A DNA stretch of 64,000 nucleotides from contig OZ024754.1 in the NCBI GenBank assembly GCA_964016885.1, positions 29,202,001 through 29,266,000 on the forward strand, given 5' to 3'. Positions 53,118-64,000 of this stretch are shown piece by piece. Every line of letters starts with the position of its first letter. Position 1 is the stretch's first letter. The notes beneath the pieces were generated by a model. It saw only the letters and a list, made by a program, of their open reading frames with translations. It did not search any database and was not told the DNA's origin. The DNA comes from Eledone cirrhosa (lineage: Eukaryota). Both the position numbers and the translations under genes were made by a program.

Positions 53118-54951
53118 CCGTGTTTCCCCGATTATAAGCCATGGCTTATATTAATCTTTACTCCGAAATGTACCACTACGGCTTATTTTCGGGGGAGGGG
53201 GTTCATATACCGAAAAAACGACACTACGAAACTGAAAATTACAAATTCGCTAAATGATTGGAAATTACGAAAGCACAATCGGTATTTACGCGCAACGTTT
53301 ACTTGAAAGATCAAATTTATTAAAAATTAACACACCCTTTAATTAAAAAACTCACGAGCGAAATAATGCACTAATTTATTCAAAAATAATCATGTCATCC
53401 TGCTCTGGAATGTCATTGTTTTCTAAATCAGTGGATTCAATGATTCCTGTGGAATTTTCTTGTGACTCAATTGCCTGCAGAATTTTCGTCCCCAGTCTTT
53501 CATGTTGAGCGATAGAGGTCGAATTGAATGGAGAGTTCTTATCCAGATATCCTGCTCCTAGTGCATTCATGACACAACTATCTGTGATTTGTTTCCATGA
53601 ATTTCCCACCCAAGTCACGATCTCTTGAAGGCTGGGCTTCACGAAATTTCCCCGCTCATTTCTCGCCATTGTTTTCGATGTAGTCATTTATCTCCATGCG
53701 CAGATGGTCCTTGAATGGTTTATTCAGTGCGATGTCAAGAGTCTAGAGATAGGCTGTTATTTTTGCGGGAATTATGATTTGATCGATTCTTCTTTCTGCA
53801 AGAAAATTCTTCATATCGTGCGTGGTGGCTGAATCCCAGACTATGAGACCTCTTTGGCTTCCACGCAAAATCAATGAAATCGACCCACTTCCTTAAAACT
53901 GCCTGTGTGCACCACGCCTTTTCAGTTTCCAGAACACAGATACCTGAAACGCGTTCAATTTTATCTTTCTTGCCTTTAGTGATGATAAGAGGTGGAGCTT
54001 TGCTTCCGTCGAGACGAATCGCCAAGATACACATAACTCGTGCACTTTCGTAACCAGTGGATGGAATGTAAATTGACAATGAACCCCTTTGATCAATTGT
54101 AGATTGAGAGCTTTGACCCATGAATACTGCTGTTTCATCCATAGCAATCATGTTGGAGAGACGGTAGTTAGAAAAGTCTATTCCATCAACAAAAGACTTA
54201 AATGCGAGTGCACGTTTAATAATCTCAGTATCGTCCAGTTTGAACAGTGTTGTCGATCTTTTCAGAGAAAATTCGTGTCACCGAAGGAAATTATCCAGCC
54301 AGTGTTTGGATGCTTTGAATTCTTCTGGAACTATACCAAACTCCAGTGCATTTGTAAGGGCAAATGTTTGAATATCAGCTCTGTGAACAACCAAAGCTCT
54401 GGCTCTTCTTTCAGCAATCCATTCACAGGTGGTGTCTTCCAGCTCAAGAAATATCGGTTGTCGACCAGATCCACGCTTACGTATCTTTGCATTTCCCTCA
54501 TCCATGTCCTAACTGAGTTTTTCGTAGTCCATTCTCCATCTTTGAACCATTCAGAGATCCATATTATTTTCTTTGCAGAAGATAGTAAGGTTCTTGCCCA
54601 GGGATTCCTCCACAATTCCTTTCTTGTACTCGACCGTGTAACTCTTCCTTCCTTTCATCGTGTCTAGGGCTGAAAATGATCTTATCCCCTGAAGTTACTG
54701 ATAAGCCATTACTTCCGGTTTGTACCCGCATTTGCATAAACAATATACACCCGTTTATCAGTTAGTTTTACATTAAGATACAATCCTGTTCTATAATGGC
54801 TGTTTGCGCCAATTTTCATAGCTGGCCATTACTTTCTTTTGGCGTTCATGTTTGCTACGGGTTATTTTCGGGGCATGGCTTATATTAAATCTATCCTGAA
54901 ATATAGTGCTACGGCTTATTTTCGGGGGTGGCTTATAATAGGGGAAACACG

Positions 54952-54952
<1 letters not shown>
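53118..54952 (-). mobile_element. Full-length pogo/Tc2-type (Tc1/mariner superfamily) DNA transposon
   Basis: TIRs CCGTGTTTCCCCGATTATAAGCC / GGCTTATAATAGGGGAAACACGA, TA flanks, subterminal ggcttattttcggg repeats. Confidence 0.9.
53376..54660 (-). pseudogene. Transposase (CENP-B-type HTH + DDE_1), disrupted
   Basis: GSGRQPIFLELED..FKASKHWLDNF, MDETAV, LDIALNKPFKDHLR; split across frames. Confidence 0.85.
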
Positions 54953-55048
<96 letters not shown>

Positions 55049-55208
55049 TGTGTGTGTGTGCGTGCGTGTGTGAGTGTGTATGTGTGCGTGTGTGTGTGTG
55101 CGTGTTTATATATATGTATAGGCAAGGTAGTGGGGGTTAGAAGTCAGTGCCATACTAATTCTTTCTACTATTGGCACATATATATGTATATATATACATA
55201 TATACATG

Positions 55209-55244
<36 letters not shown>

Positions 55245-55450
55245 CATATATTATACATATATTTATCTCTTTATATAAATGTGTGTGTATATATATATAT
55301 ACACACACATTTATATGAAGAGATAAATATATGTATAATATATGTATGCCTGTGATATGTTAAACTTTTTTTGTGTTCGAATTTATGTGTAATAAACAAT
55401 GAATATATTTATTAAATCTAGACTCTTGAGACAAGCTGCATATATTGATA

Positions 55451-55638
55451 ATAATTGTTTCTACGTTAGGCACAAGGCCAGCAATTACCCAGTGCATTAC
55501 TGGTACTTTATTTTATCGACCCCGTAAGGATGAAACACAAAGTTAACCTTGGCGGGATTTGAACTCAGAATGGCAAGGGCCGTAACTCTATACGTCAAAA
55601 CATGGCGTCCGACCCTCTACCAATACTGCCAATCCACC
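55451..55638 (-). mobile_element. SINE S1, full length
   Basis: Identity with S1. Confidence 0.85.
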
Positions 55639-55942
55639 TAATAATATGGTATAAAGTATGCTAAAATATTATGAACCTGATAAATAAACTTCAAACAAAC
55701 AAACAAGCAAAAAGTAACAAACAAAAGACAAACAATATAGTTTCTTTAAATATATTCAACTTTTGCAGATGTCTACTCAAGCAGATACATACGTAAATAT
55801 ATCTTTTCATTTTTTTAGATTGTTATTGTTATGTTTCTGATGGTTTAGTTAGCAAGTTTAATCAGAACTTTTGAAGCCCTTCCCCTTGATGTAAACAACA
55901 TCAATATGGTTGATTTAACAAACTAAAGACAGCAGATTATAT

Positions 55943-55974
<32 letters not shown>

Positions 55975-56004
55975 ATAAATATATATATAAATATATATAT
56001 ATAA

Positions 56005-56119
<115 letters not shown>

Positions 56120-56158
56120 AATGTGTGTATGTGTATATATGTATGTGTATATATATAA

Positions 56159-56216
<58 letters not shown>

Positions 56217-56246
56217 ATACATGTATGTGTGTATATCCTTTTGATA

Positions 56247-56303
<57 letters not shown>

Positions 56304-56452
56304 CAGATTTAATACTGACCATTCCCAGAAGAAACGAACTCTTTGGCTTATGTAACCAGCAGAGAATGTTATAGCTCTTTGATATAAGATCGATAAAAGA
56401 CTAAATGACATTTCGTAATATTATTATTATCATTATTATTACCACCATCATC

Positions 56453-57613
56453 CAGGCGGTCCAGCTGATGTCAACACCCGCTACGTGGAGGGTTGGGCAT
56501 GCAGTGGCTGATGATGCGCAGACACGCGCTCAGGCTACGACATCTCCACCTCTTCCTCGACGGTGATCAGGTGTGGTCGCCGTTTGCTAGACACGTCTTT
56601 CCCCAGCTCGTCTTCTTGGCGGAGCTGCAGTCCTGGGTCAAGCGAAGACCGAGAGGGAGCGCTTGGAGACTGGAATGTCTTCAGGCGCTCACAGCCCTCG
56701 ACCAATCGGGCAATGTGATCGGTGGAAACTCCACCTCGGCGTTCTATAGAGGATTAGTGGAGGGGAAGAGTGACGACATACTTGGGGAAACTCTAGGCGT
56801 CGACGAAAATCAACTAGCCAATCTCTTCGGAAGAACTTTCGGGCCGGGGCCTATGGACAACTTCCAGAAATCACTGGCCTGGCAGTGCTACCGAGGAGCC
56901 TTGCCAGTTCGGGATAAACTCTACAGGCATGGAGGTGCCGTCAGACAGGCATGTCCGAGATGCGCGCAGGGCGACGAAACCGTCCTGCACGCACTCGTCC
57001 AGTGTCCGAGCATTGCTGAGTTGTGGGTTTATGTCGAACACCTGCTGTCACGTGTAGACGGATCCAGCTATTAGCTGAGTCCATCGTGAGGATTGCCCCG
57101 CCCTCTTCCTTTAGCCGGGAAGGGCAGGCAGTTTTTATCTGTCTGGTGGCCATGGCGAAAGAGATAGTATGGTGGACACGTTTGAAAGGGCTGAAGACGA
57201 GCACTTACCTCTTCGGTGATGCCCTGATTAACTTTTTCAAATTTCATTTGAAAAGGAAAATCAGGGTAGAGAAGGAAGTGCTCTCTTCCCAGCATTTTGT
57301 TGAAAGATGGGTGAGAGAAGCAAGTATGGCCCGAGTGAATGGGACTACTCTGAGTATCTGTCTGTAAATTAAAGGTGGAAAACTGGTAGAGGGCACTTGC
57401 CCTGGTGGTCAGGGTCACTGTGGTCTTTTAATGGGCTTTCTCCACAAATGTCCCTCGGAAGTCTCCCCCCTATTGGTGAATTTTTCATTGTTTTTTTTTT
57501 TATTACATCCTTTGTTTTTTTACACGCAGAAATTCCCATTTGTACCGTCCTGTATTGTCCTGTACTGTCCTTAATGTCTACTTTATGTAAACCCTTGTGG
57601 TTAATAAAGAAAA

Positions 57614-57662
<49 letters not shown>

Positions 57663-57677
57663 TTTATTATTTTTATT
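56453..57677 (+). mobile_element. 5'-truncated L1/Tx1-type LINE with AATAAA and (ATT)n tail
   Basis: Highly similar to 62369-63569; zinc finger CPRCAQGDETVLHALVQC. Confidence 0.9.
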
Positions 57678-57895
57678 GGCGACCTACGTAGTAAATCGTA
57701 TCATCGTGAGCTCCGCAAAGGTTTGTTATTTTCAGTTATTTAAAATTGCCATTTATGGAAAAATTTTATTGTTAACTCTATATAAGTGCACATACATTGA
57801 TTTCTGAAAAGGCACTCAAAAATATTGGGGCCTTGAGCCCAAAATTTAAACTTTTAATAATTATCAAACAAAAATTTTTCTTTGAAAAATCATGA

Positions 57896-59842
57896 ATGTC
57901 TCAGTCACTCCTACCTCACAATCTAACACCTCACACCGACACCACCATTGTAAATATTGCTACGTTTGCCAACACTGGAAATGTAAGCAGTAGCAATATT
58001 TTAAATTTGTCTCAGGCAGACGTTCATTTCCCACCATTACCAATGACTGCAGGTGTTAAAGCCGCCACGACCACCACCACCGCGACAACCACCCCCCCCA
58101 CCACCACCACGACAACAGAAACAAAAGAAAAAATAAATTAACTCGTGATATCGAAATCAATTCAACCAAAATGAACTCTTCCACACCGAACACCACTGAC
58201 GCCACCACCACCACAACTGAAACTAAAATTAATAATAACAAAAATAACGATAACAATAACAGCAACAATGAAATTAAGAAAACCACCCTGAGTTTTGCCA
58301 GAGTAGCAAAACAATGCGAAGCATTTCAGGTAACTCAGGAGGAATTAGAAGAAGCCAAAAAAATGGTAAAGAAAGATGGGTACAGGGTCAGCCCCCCCCC
58401 CCACACACACATAATAACATGGAGCATCGTCGCCTATGCACTGAGTCTTATCGAACAATTAATATAAAGTCGCGCCGAGTGGAACGGGCATCCGAGTCCC
58501 AAAGCCAAAAAGCTTTGGGACATGTGTAGGCAAAAAAACCCCACATCAGATGTGGGCAGAAATATGGAACCGTGGACGTGTTCTTTGAAACACCACAGGA
58601 GGCTAGAGAACACTCCATGGCCCCATTAAGAAGTGACGACTTCACACTCGTCCCAAGCTATTGTGGCCAGAGATTCGTAAAGATCAGGGTCACCCACGTT
58701 CCACTGGCCATCGAAATTCCCTGGCTAATAGCTGCCGTCCTCGCCGGCATCGAGGCCAACACCAAGATAATCGAAATAGCGAAAGAAAAGCAGGAGAACT
58801 GGTCCGGATCTGGGATGGAGCTCCTGATCCAAGCGGACAAAAAAGCATTGAGGAGATCCCAGAGGTAATAGACCTCACTGACGGCAGCCACCTCACCGTA
58901 ATTGTCGAGGGCAGAAGGCCTAGGTGTGTCGTTTGTGGTGAAGGAACCCACCTAAGGGCTTTCTGCTCTCAGGCTAAAAGGTTGAGGCCACCTCTCCTAC
59001 CCACCCCAGTGACTCAACCATCAACACCACCAGCAGCAGATATGGCAGCAACAACTGTAGCAGCAACAACAGAAGAAACTGTAACAGCAACAACCCCAGC
59101 AACAGTAGCAAAACCAACACCACCACCACCCAACACGCCAGAAATAGCACCAACGCCTACACCATCCACCACGCCACAACCAAAACTAACGCCTGTGGAG
59201 GATTTTCCACTCCCCGGCCTATCACAACTGGAGACAGATTGTGACGACGAGGAGTGGGGAACGGTATCAGGAAAAAAGAAAAAAAGAAACCAAAAAAGAA
59301 AAAATTCTCTTCCTTCCCCCTCCAAAAACAAAATACAGAGGGAAACAAATAGATTAACAAACAAAAAAGTTAGGACAGATATGCCACCATCCACACCAGC
59401 ATCACCAACCCCATCACCACAAACACCAACACCATCACCATCATTAACCCCAACACCACCATCACCAACACCACAAAAGTCACCAAAAAGCGTAACAGAA
59501 ACAAACCCACAACAAACGCAAACAAAACAAAACAACCAAAACGATACACACTACACAGCATTAAATTTGAACAACAACCAATTATTACACTACAACCAAC
59601 ACAACACCAGCATCACAGAAAAAGACTACACAACAACCCAAAAGTTCACACCACATCCACAGTAACAAATCACACGCATCATACAGAAAACGTACACGAC
59701 ACTAAAACAAAAATTCCCCAAAGACATCGGAGACTTCCGCCAAACACTCTCCAGGAGGATCTATAAGGACATCCTTCCGGAGGAGGCCACAAGCAGTGAA
59801 AAGGATGGACAAACTATCCTTCCTCTACGAGAAGTAAGGTAA
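57896..59842 (+). pseudogene. LINE ORF1 (CCHC zinc knuckle, Pro/Thr-rich and basic regions), frameshifted
   Basis: RPRCVVCGEGTHLRAFC = CX2CX4HX4C; KKKKRNQKRK. Confidence 0.8.
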
Positions 59843-59876
59843 GTGGTCTTTCCCATCTTTTCCACTCCATTTCAAC

Positions 59877-62800
59877 ATGACCTCACTCAGAATAGGCAGC
59901 ATAAATGCGCGTGGTTTCGGGTCGTCATGGAAGCAGGGCCACCTGCTCAACGACCTCAGGTCACTAAACATAGATGTAGTGGCCATCAGCGAGACCAGAA
60001 TCTCCGAAGCACGGGCCTTCGTACCGATCTTCGGGGGCTACGATGTGTACGCATCTCCCAGCCGTCCGGGATCGGGGGAGGAGTTACTGTGCTTTTTCGG
60101 AGAGGTTTGGATCTTGCCGTACGGGCCATCTTCCTGGACCCAGAAGGTAAGTTGGTGGTGATGGACGTGACCAGCGGAGACGGGCAAGCTTTCAGGCTAG
60201 TGGCCGTCTATGCCACGACAGGAACAGGGCGACCTGATTTATTCCGGCGTCTGGAGACCTTTCTTGGAACGTCCCGCTCTTTAGTGTTAGTGGGCGACTG
60301 GAACGGGATCTTAGATTCACGCTGGGACTGTGTGGGATTAGCGGATAGGGAAGGAGGCTGCAAGAGCCTCACCAACCTGCTCAGGCGTTTTGAACTGTCT
60401 GACAAGTACCGATTGGATTTCCCGAATGTGCCAATGTGGACTTGGACAAATCGCATAGGGTCATCCAGATAGAGTATTTTGTAGAGAAATAGATAGGTCT
60501 ATCATAGGCTGTCCACAATTCAAGATAGTCAGCTACACGGACCACAAATTCGTGATCTGTGTGCTTGACTTAGATAGGCTTCATAGACGAGGACCCGGAT
60601 ACTGGAAGCTAAATGCGTCCTTACCAGCGCGCAAGGCCTACAGAGACCGGATTAGCGAATTAGTTAAGCGGGCGTTGACGGGGGCCATCGTCAACACCAA
60701 GTGGTGGTTTGCTCTGAAAAGAGCGATTAGAATAGAATCCATTAGGTTTAGTAAGGCTTTTGCAATAGAGAAAAATAGAGCAGAGGGAGAACTAGTTAGA
60801 AAATTAGACGAGGCGCTTAGCAAAGGCATTGCGACCGACGTGCTTGCGGAGAAATTGGTCCTTGACCAATTCTTCAATGCAAAGCACGAAGGCTGCGTTG
60901 TCAGAGCTAGGGTGCGTGCTCTCAGACACGAGGGGACGAAAGCCGTTCAATGGGCCCGAGTGGCGGAGGCTTGTCGTGGCAACAGAGCCACGATCCGGTC
61001 TTTGGTGGACCACGACGGGCGCATGCTAATCGATCCTGGGCAAATGTGTGAAGCTTTTCGGCGACACTTCGCTCAGTTGTTCGGGGGCAGCGGCGGGCCG
61101 GATCGAGGGATGGACTTTAGTGTCTACCTCGACGGACTGCCGCGGCTCTCGGCTACCGAGGCGGAGTGTTGCGAAAAGCCGATAACAGCCGCTGAAGTAC
61201 GGGAGGCAATGACTAGCTGCACAAGGGGTAAATCGCTTGGTTTGGATGGTCTGCCCTATGAACTTTACGTACAGATGCCAGACTTGTTCGGAGGCCTCTT
61301 GGCGGAGGTCTACTGCAACTGGCAACAGAACGGGAGAATTCCCAGCTCTGTGAGCCGAGGAGCTGTGGCGCTGCTGAGAAAGGATCCGAACAAGGGGGAT
61401 AACATAGATAATTTTAGGCCCATAACTTTGCTAAACACAGAGTTCAAGATTTTGGCCAAGTTGCTAGCAAAGAGGTTGGCGCTTGTCGTTGGTGGTCTGG
61501 TGGGAGAGGCGCAGACATGCGCCATTCCCGACAGATCCATCCACGACAACCTGCACCTCATGCGATACATCGTAGAGAGGGTAGCTAGGGAGCCTGGCAC
61601 GGGTGGGTCCTTGATCAATTTAGATCAGTCGAAAGCTTTCGATAGGGTCGACCATCGTTACCTAGCGGCAGTCCTGAGGGCGGCTGGCTTTGGGACCGTC
61701 TTCAGAGGCTGGATCGCTGCCATGCACAGCGACATCTGCTCTGTGGTGAGAGTGAACGGTCACCTTTCGGAACCGTTCAACATCATACATTCGGTCCGCC
61801 AAGGATATCCCCTCTCGTCCCTCTTGTACGTATTGACTCTCGAGCCATTACTGCGCAAACTGGAGACATTGAGGGGGTTCCCGCGCGAACTATGATGCGG
61901 AAGATCCGTGTCAGAATATGCGGACGATGTCACCGTAGTGGTGTCGAACGCCAAACACATCGAGGCGATCGGCTTTACACTAAGAGAATACGAAGCGGTG
62001 ACAGGAGCAATGATCAACCAGGAAAAGTCAGTGGGCCTGCAGCTCGGCACCTGGAGAGGCAGGTCCATGCCGTCCAACAGCGTCGTCGGGCGCTGGATGG
62101 ACGGACCAGTTAAATTGCTCGGGGTCTGGTTCGGTTCGGATCTCCAGACGGACAAAAACTTGGACGAGGTGACGAGCAGGGTGGCTTCTCTCACCTAGAA
62201 ATGGGCCGAGAGGAAGCTATCCCTGAAAGGTCGAGCGGAGGTGGCTAACGCGTATATCGCGTCCGTCATCTACTACCGCCTGACCGTCGTACCTTGTCCT
62301 AAGCCCCGCCTGACTGCGCTGGAGCGTTTGCTCTTTCGCTTTTTGTGGAAGGGACGCGCTCCGATGGTCAGGCGGTCCAGCTGCTGTCAATACCCGCTAC
62401 GTGGAGGGCTGGGAATGCCGTGGCAGATGATGCGCAAACACGCGCTCAGGCTACGACATCTCCACCTCTTCCTCGACGGTCATCAGGTGTGGTCTCCGTT
62501 TGCTAGACACGTCTTTCCCCAGCTCGTCTCCTTGACGGAGCTGCAGTCCTGGGTCAAGCGAAGACCGAGAGGGAGCGCTTGGAGACTGGAATGTCTTCAG
62601 GCGCTCACAGCCCTCGACCAATCGGGCAATGTGATCGGTGAAAACTCCACCTTGGCGTTCTATAGAGGATTAGTTGAGGGGAAGAGCGACGACGTACTTG
62701 GGGAAACTCTAGGCGTCGACGAAAATCAACTAGCCAATCTCTTCGTAAGAACTTTCGAGCCGGGGCCTATGGACAACTTCCAGAAATCCTTGGCCTGGCA

Positions 62801-63285
62801 GTGCTACCGAGGAGCTTTGCCAGTTCGGAATAAACTCTACAGGCATGGAGGTGTCGTCAGCCGGGCATGTCCGAGATGCGCGCAGGGTGACGAAACCGTC
62901 CTGCACGCACTCGTCCAGTGTCCGAGCATTGCTGACTTGTGGGTTTATGGCGAACACCTGCTGTCGCGTGTAGGACGGATCCAGCTATTAGCTGAGTCCA
63001 TCGTGAGGATTGCCCCGCCCTCTGTCCTTTAGCCGGGAAGGGCAGGCAGTCTTTATCTGTCTGGTGGCCATAGCGAAAGAGATAGTATGGTGGACACGTT
63101 TGAAAGGGCTGAAGACGAGCACTTACCTCTTCGGTGATGCCCTGATTAACTTTTTCAAATTTCATTTAAAAAGGAAAATCAGGGTAGAAAGGGAAGTGCT
63201 CTCTTCCCAGCATTTTGTTGAAAGATGGGTGAGAGAGGCAAGAATGGCCCGAGTGAATGGGCCTACTCTGAGTATGTGTCTGTAA
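59877..63285 (+). pseudogene. LINE ORF2 (APE endonuclease, RT, C-terminal zinc finger), with stops and frameshifts
   Basis: SINARG, ISET, VGDWN, TDH, GYWKLN, FRPITLLN, LDQSKAFDRVDH, RQGYPLS, YADD. Confidence 0.92.
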
Positions 63286-63533
63286 ATTAAAGGTGGAAAA
63301 CTGGGAGAGGGCACTTGGCCTGGTGGTCAGGGTCACTGTGGCTTTTTAATGGGCTTTCTCCACGAATGTCCCTCGGAAGCCTCCCTCCTTATGGGGAATT
63401 TTTCATTGTTCTATTATTACATCCTCTGTTTGTTGTTTTTTACACGCAGAAATGCCCATTTGTACCGTCCTGTATTGTCCTGTACTGTCCTTAATGTCTA
63501 CTTTATGTAGACCCTTGTAGTTAATAAAGAAAG

Positions 63534-63569
<36 letters not shown>

Positions 63570-63683
63570 CTGAGTTCAAATCCCGCCGAGGTTAACTTTT
63601 CCTTTCATCCTTACGGGGTCGATAAAATAAAGTACCAGTAATGTACTGGGTTATTGTTGGCCTTGTGCCAATCGTAGAAACAA
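63570..63683 (+). mobile_element. SINE S1, 5'-truncated at box B
   Basis: Identity with S1. Confidence 0.8.
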
Positions 63684-64000
63684 TCGTCATCATCATCATT
63701 ATTATTATTATTATTATTAGCTATAATATAACATAATCCCACCACTATTTTGAAGTAAAGCTGAATTTCAATCGATAATTTGTTTATATGTTGGTCTTTG
63801 TTGGAATGATCTGTTGATAGTTTAGTTTATTGGTGTAAACCATTTAAACTGGAGGAGCACAAGTACATAGACAATAGATGTAGAAAGAGAAAAAATGTTA
63901 ATAACAACAGCAGCCAGAAAAACAACAGCGGAAAAAAAACAACGGCAACCAAAAAAAAAAATAAAAAAAAATATCAGCAAAAAAAGCAACCGCAGCAAAA

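Larger units (their letters stand above)
57678..63569 (+). mobile_element. Apparently full-length L1/Tx1-clade LINE
   Basis: 5' UTR, ORF1, ORF2, 3' UTR, AATAAA at 63523, (ATT)n tail. Confidence 0.9.

Overview
AT-rich, microsatellite-dense animal genomic DNA with no recognisable host exon. The repeat landscape suggests a cephalopod such as Octopus (inference only). Most ORFs in the track are translations of (TA)n/(CA)n/(CT)n/(GAT)n repeats. The real coding content is all transposon-derived: a young, nearly intact Penelope-like element (PLE; RT + GIY-YIG, minus strand, 30406-35263, 185-bp pseudo-LTRs); a second PLE 3' fragment (27369-28750) and two older PLE relics; a full-length L1/Tx1-type LINE preceded by a truncated tandem copy (56453-63569); a full-length but dead pogo/Tc2-type DNA transposon (53118-54952); R4/Dong- and RTE-type LINE fragments; and many tRNA-derived SINEs. 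The most striking signal is about 30 type I hammerhead ribozyme (HHR) motifs, intact, partial or degenerate, from roughly 15 apparently unrelated short non-coding families. Most are inserted into (TA)n tracts and many are arranged as asymmetric inverted repeats with family-specific breakpoints. They include covarying stems, a U3-A8 compensatory core and a family with a fixed U4A core. This looks like a dense population of PLE-mobilised, ribozyme-carrying non-autonomous elements (retrozyme-like or pLTR-derived). All folds were read by eye, and coordinates are accurate to a few bases.
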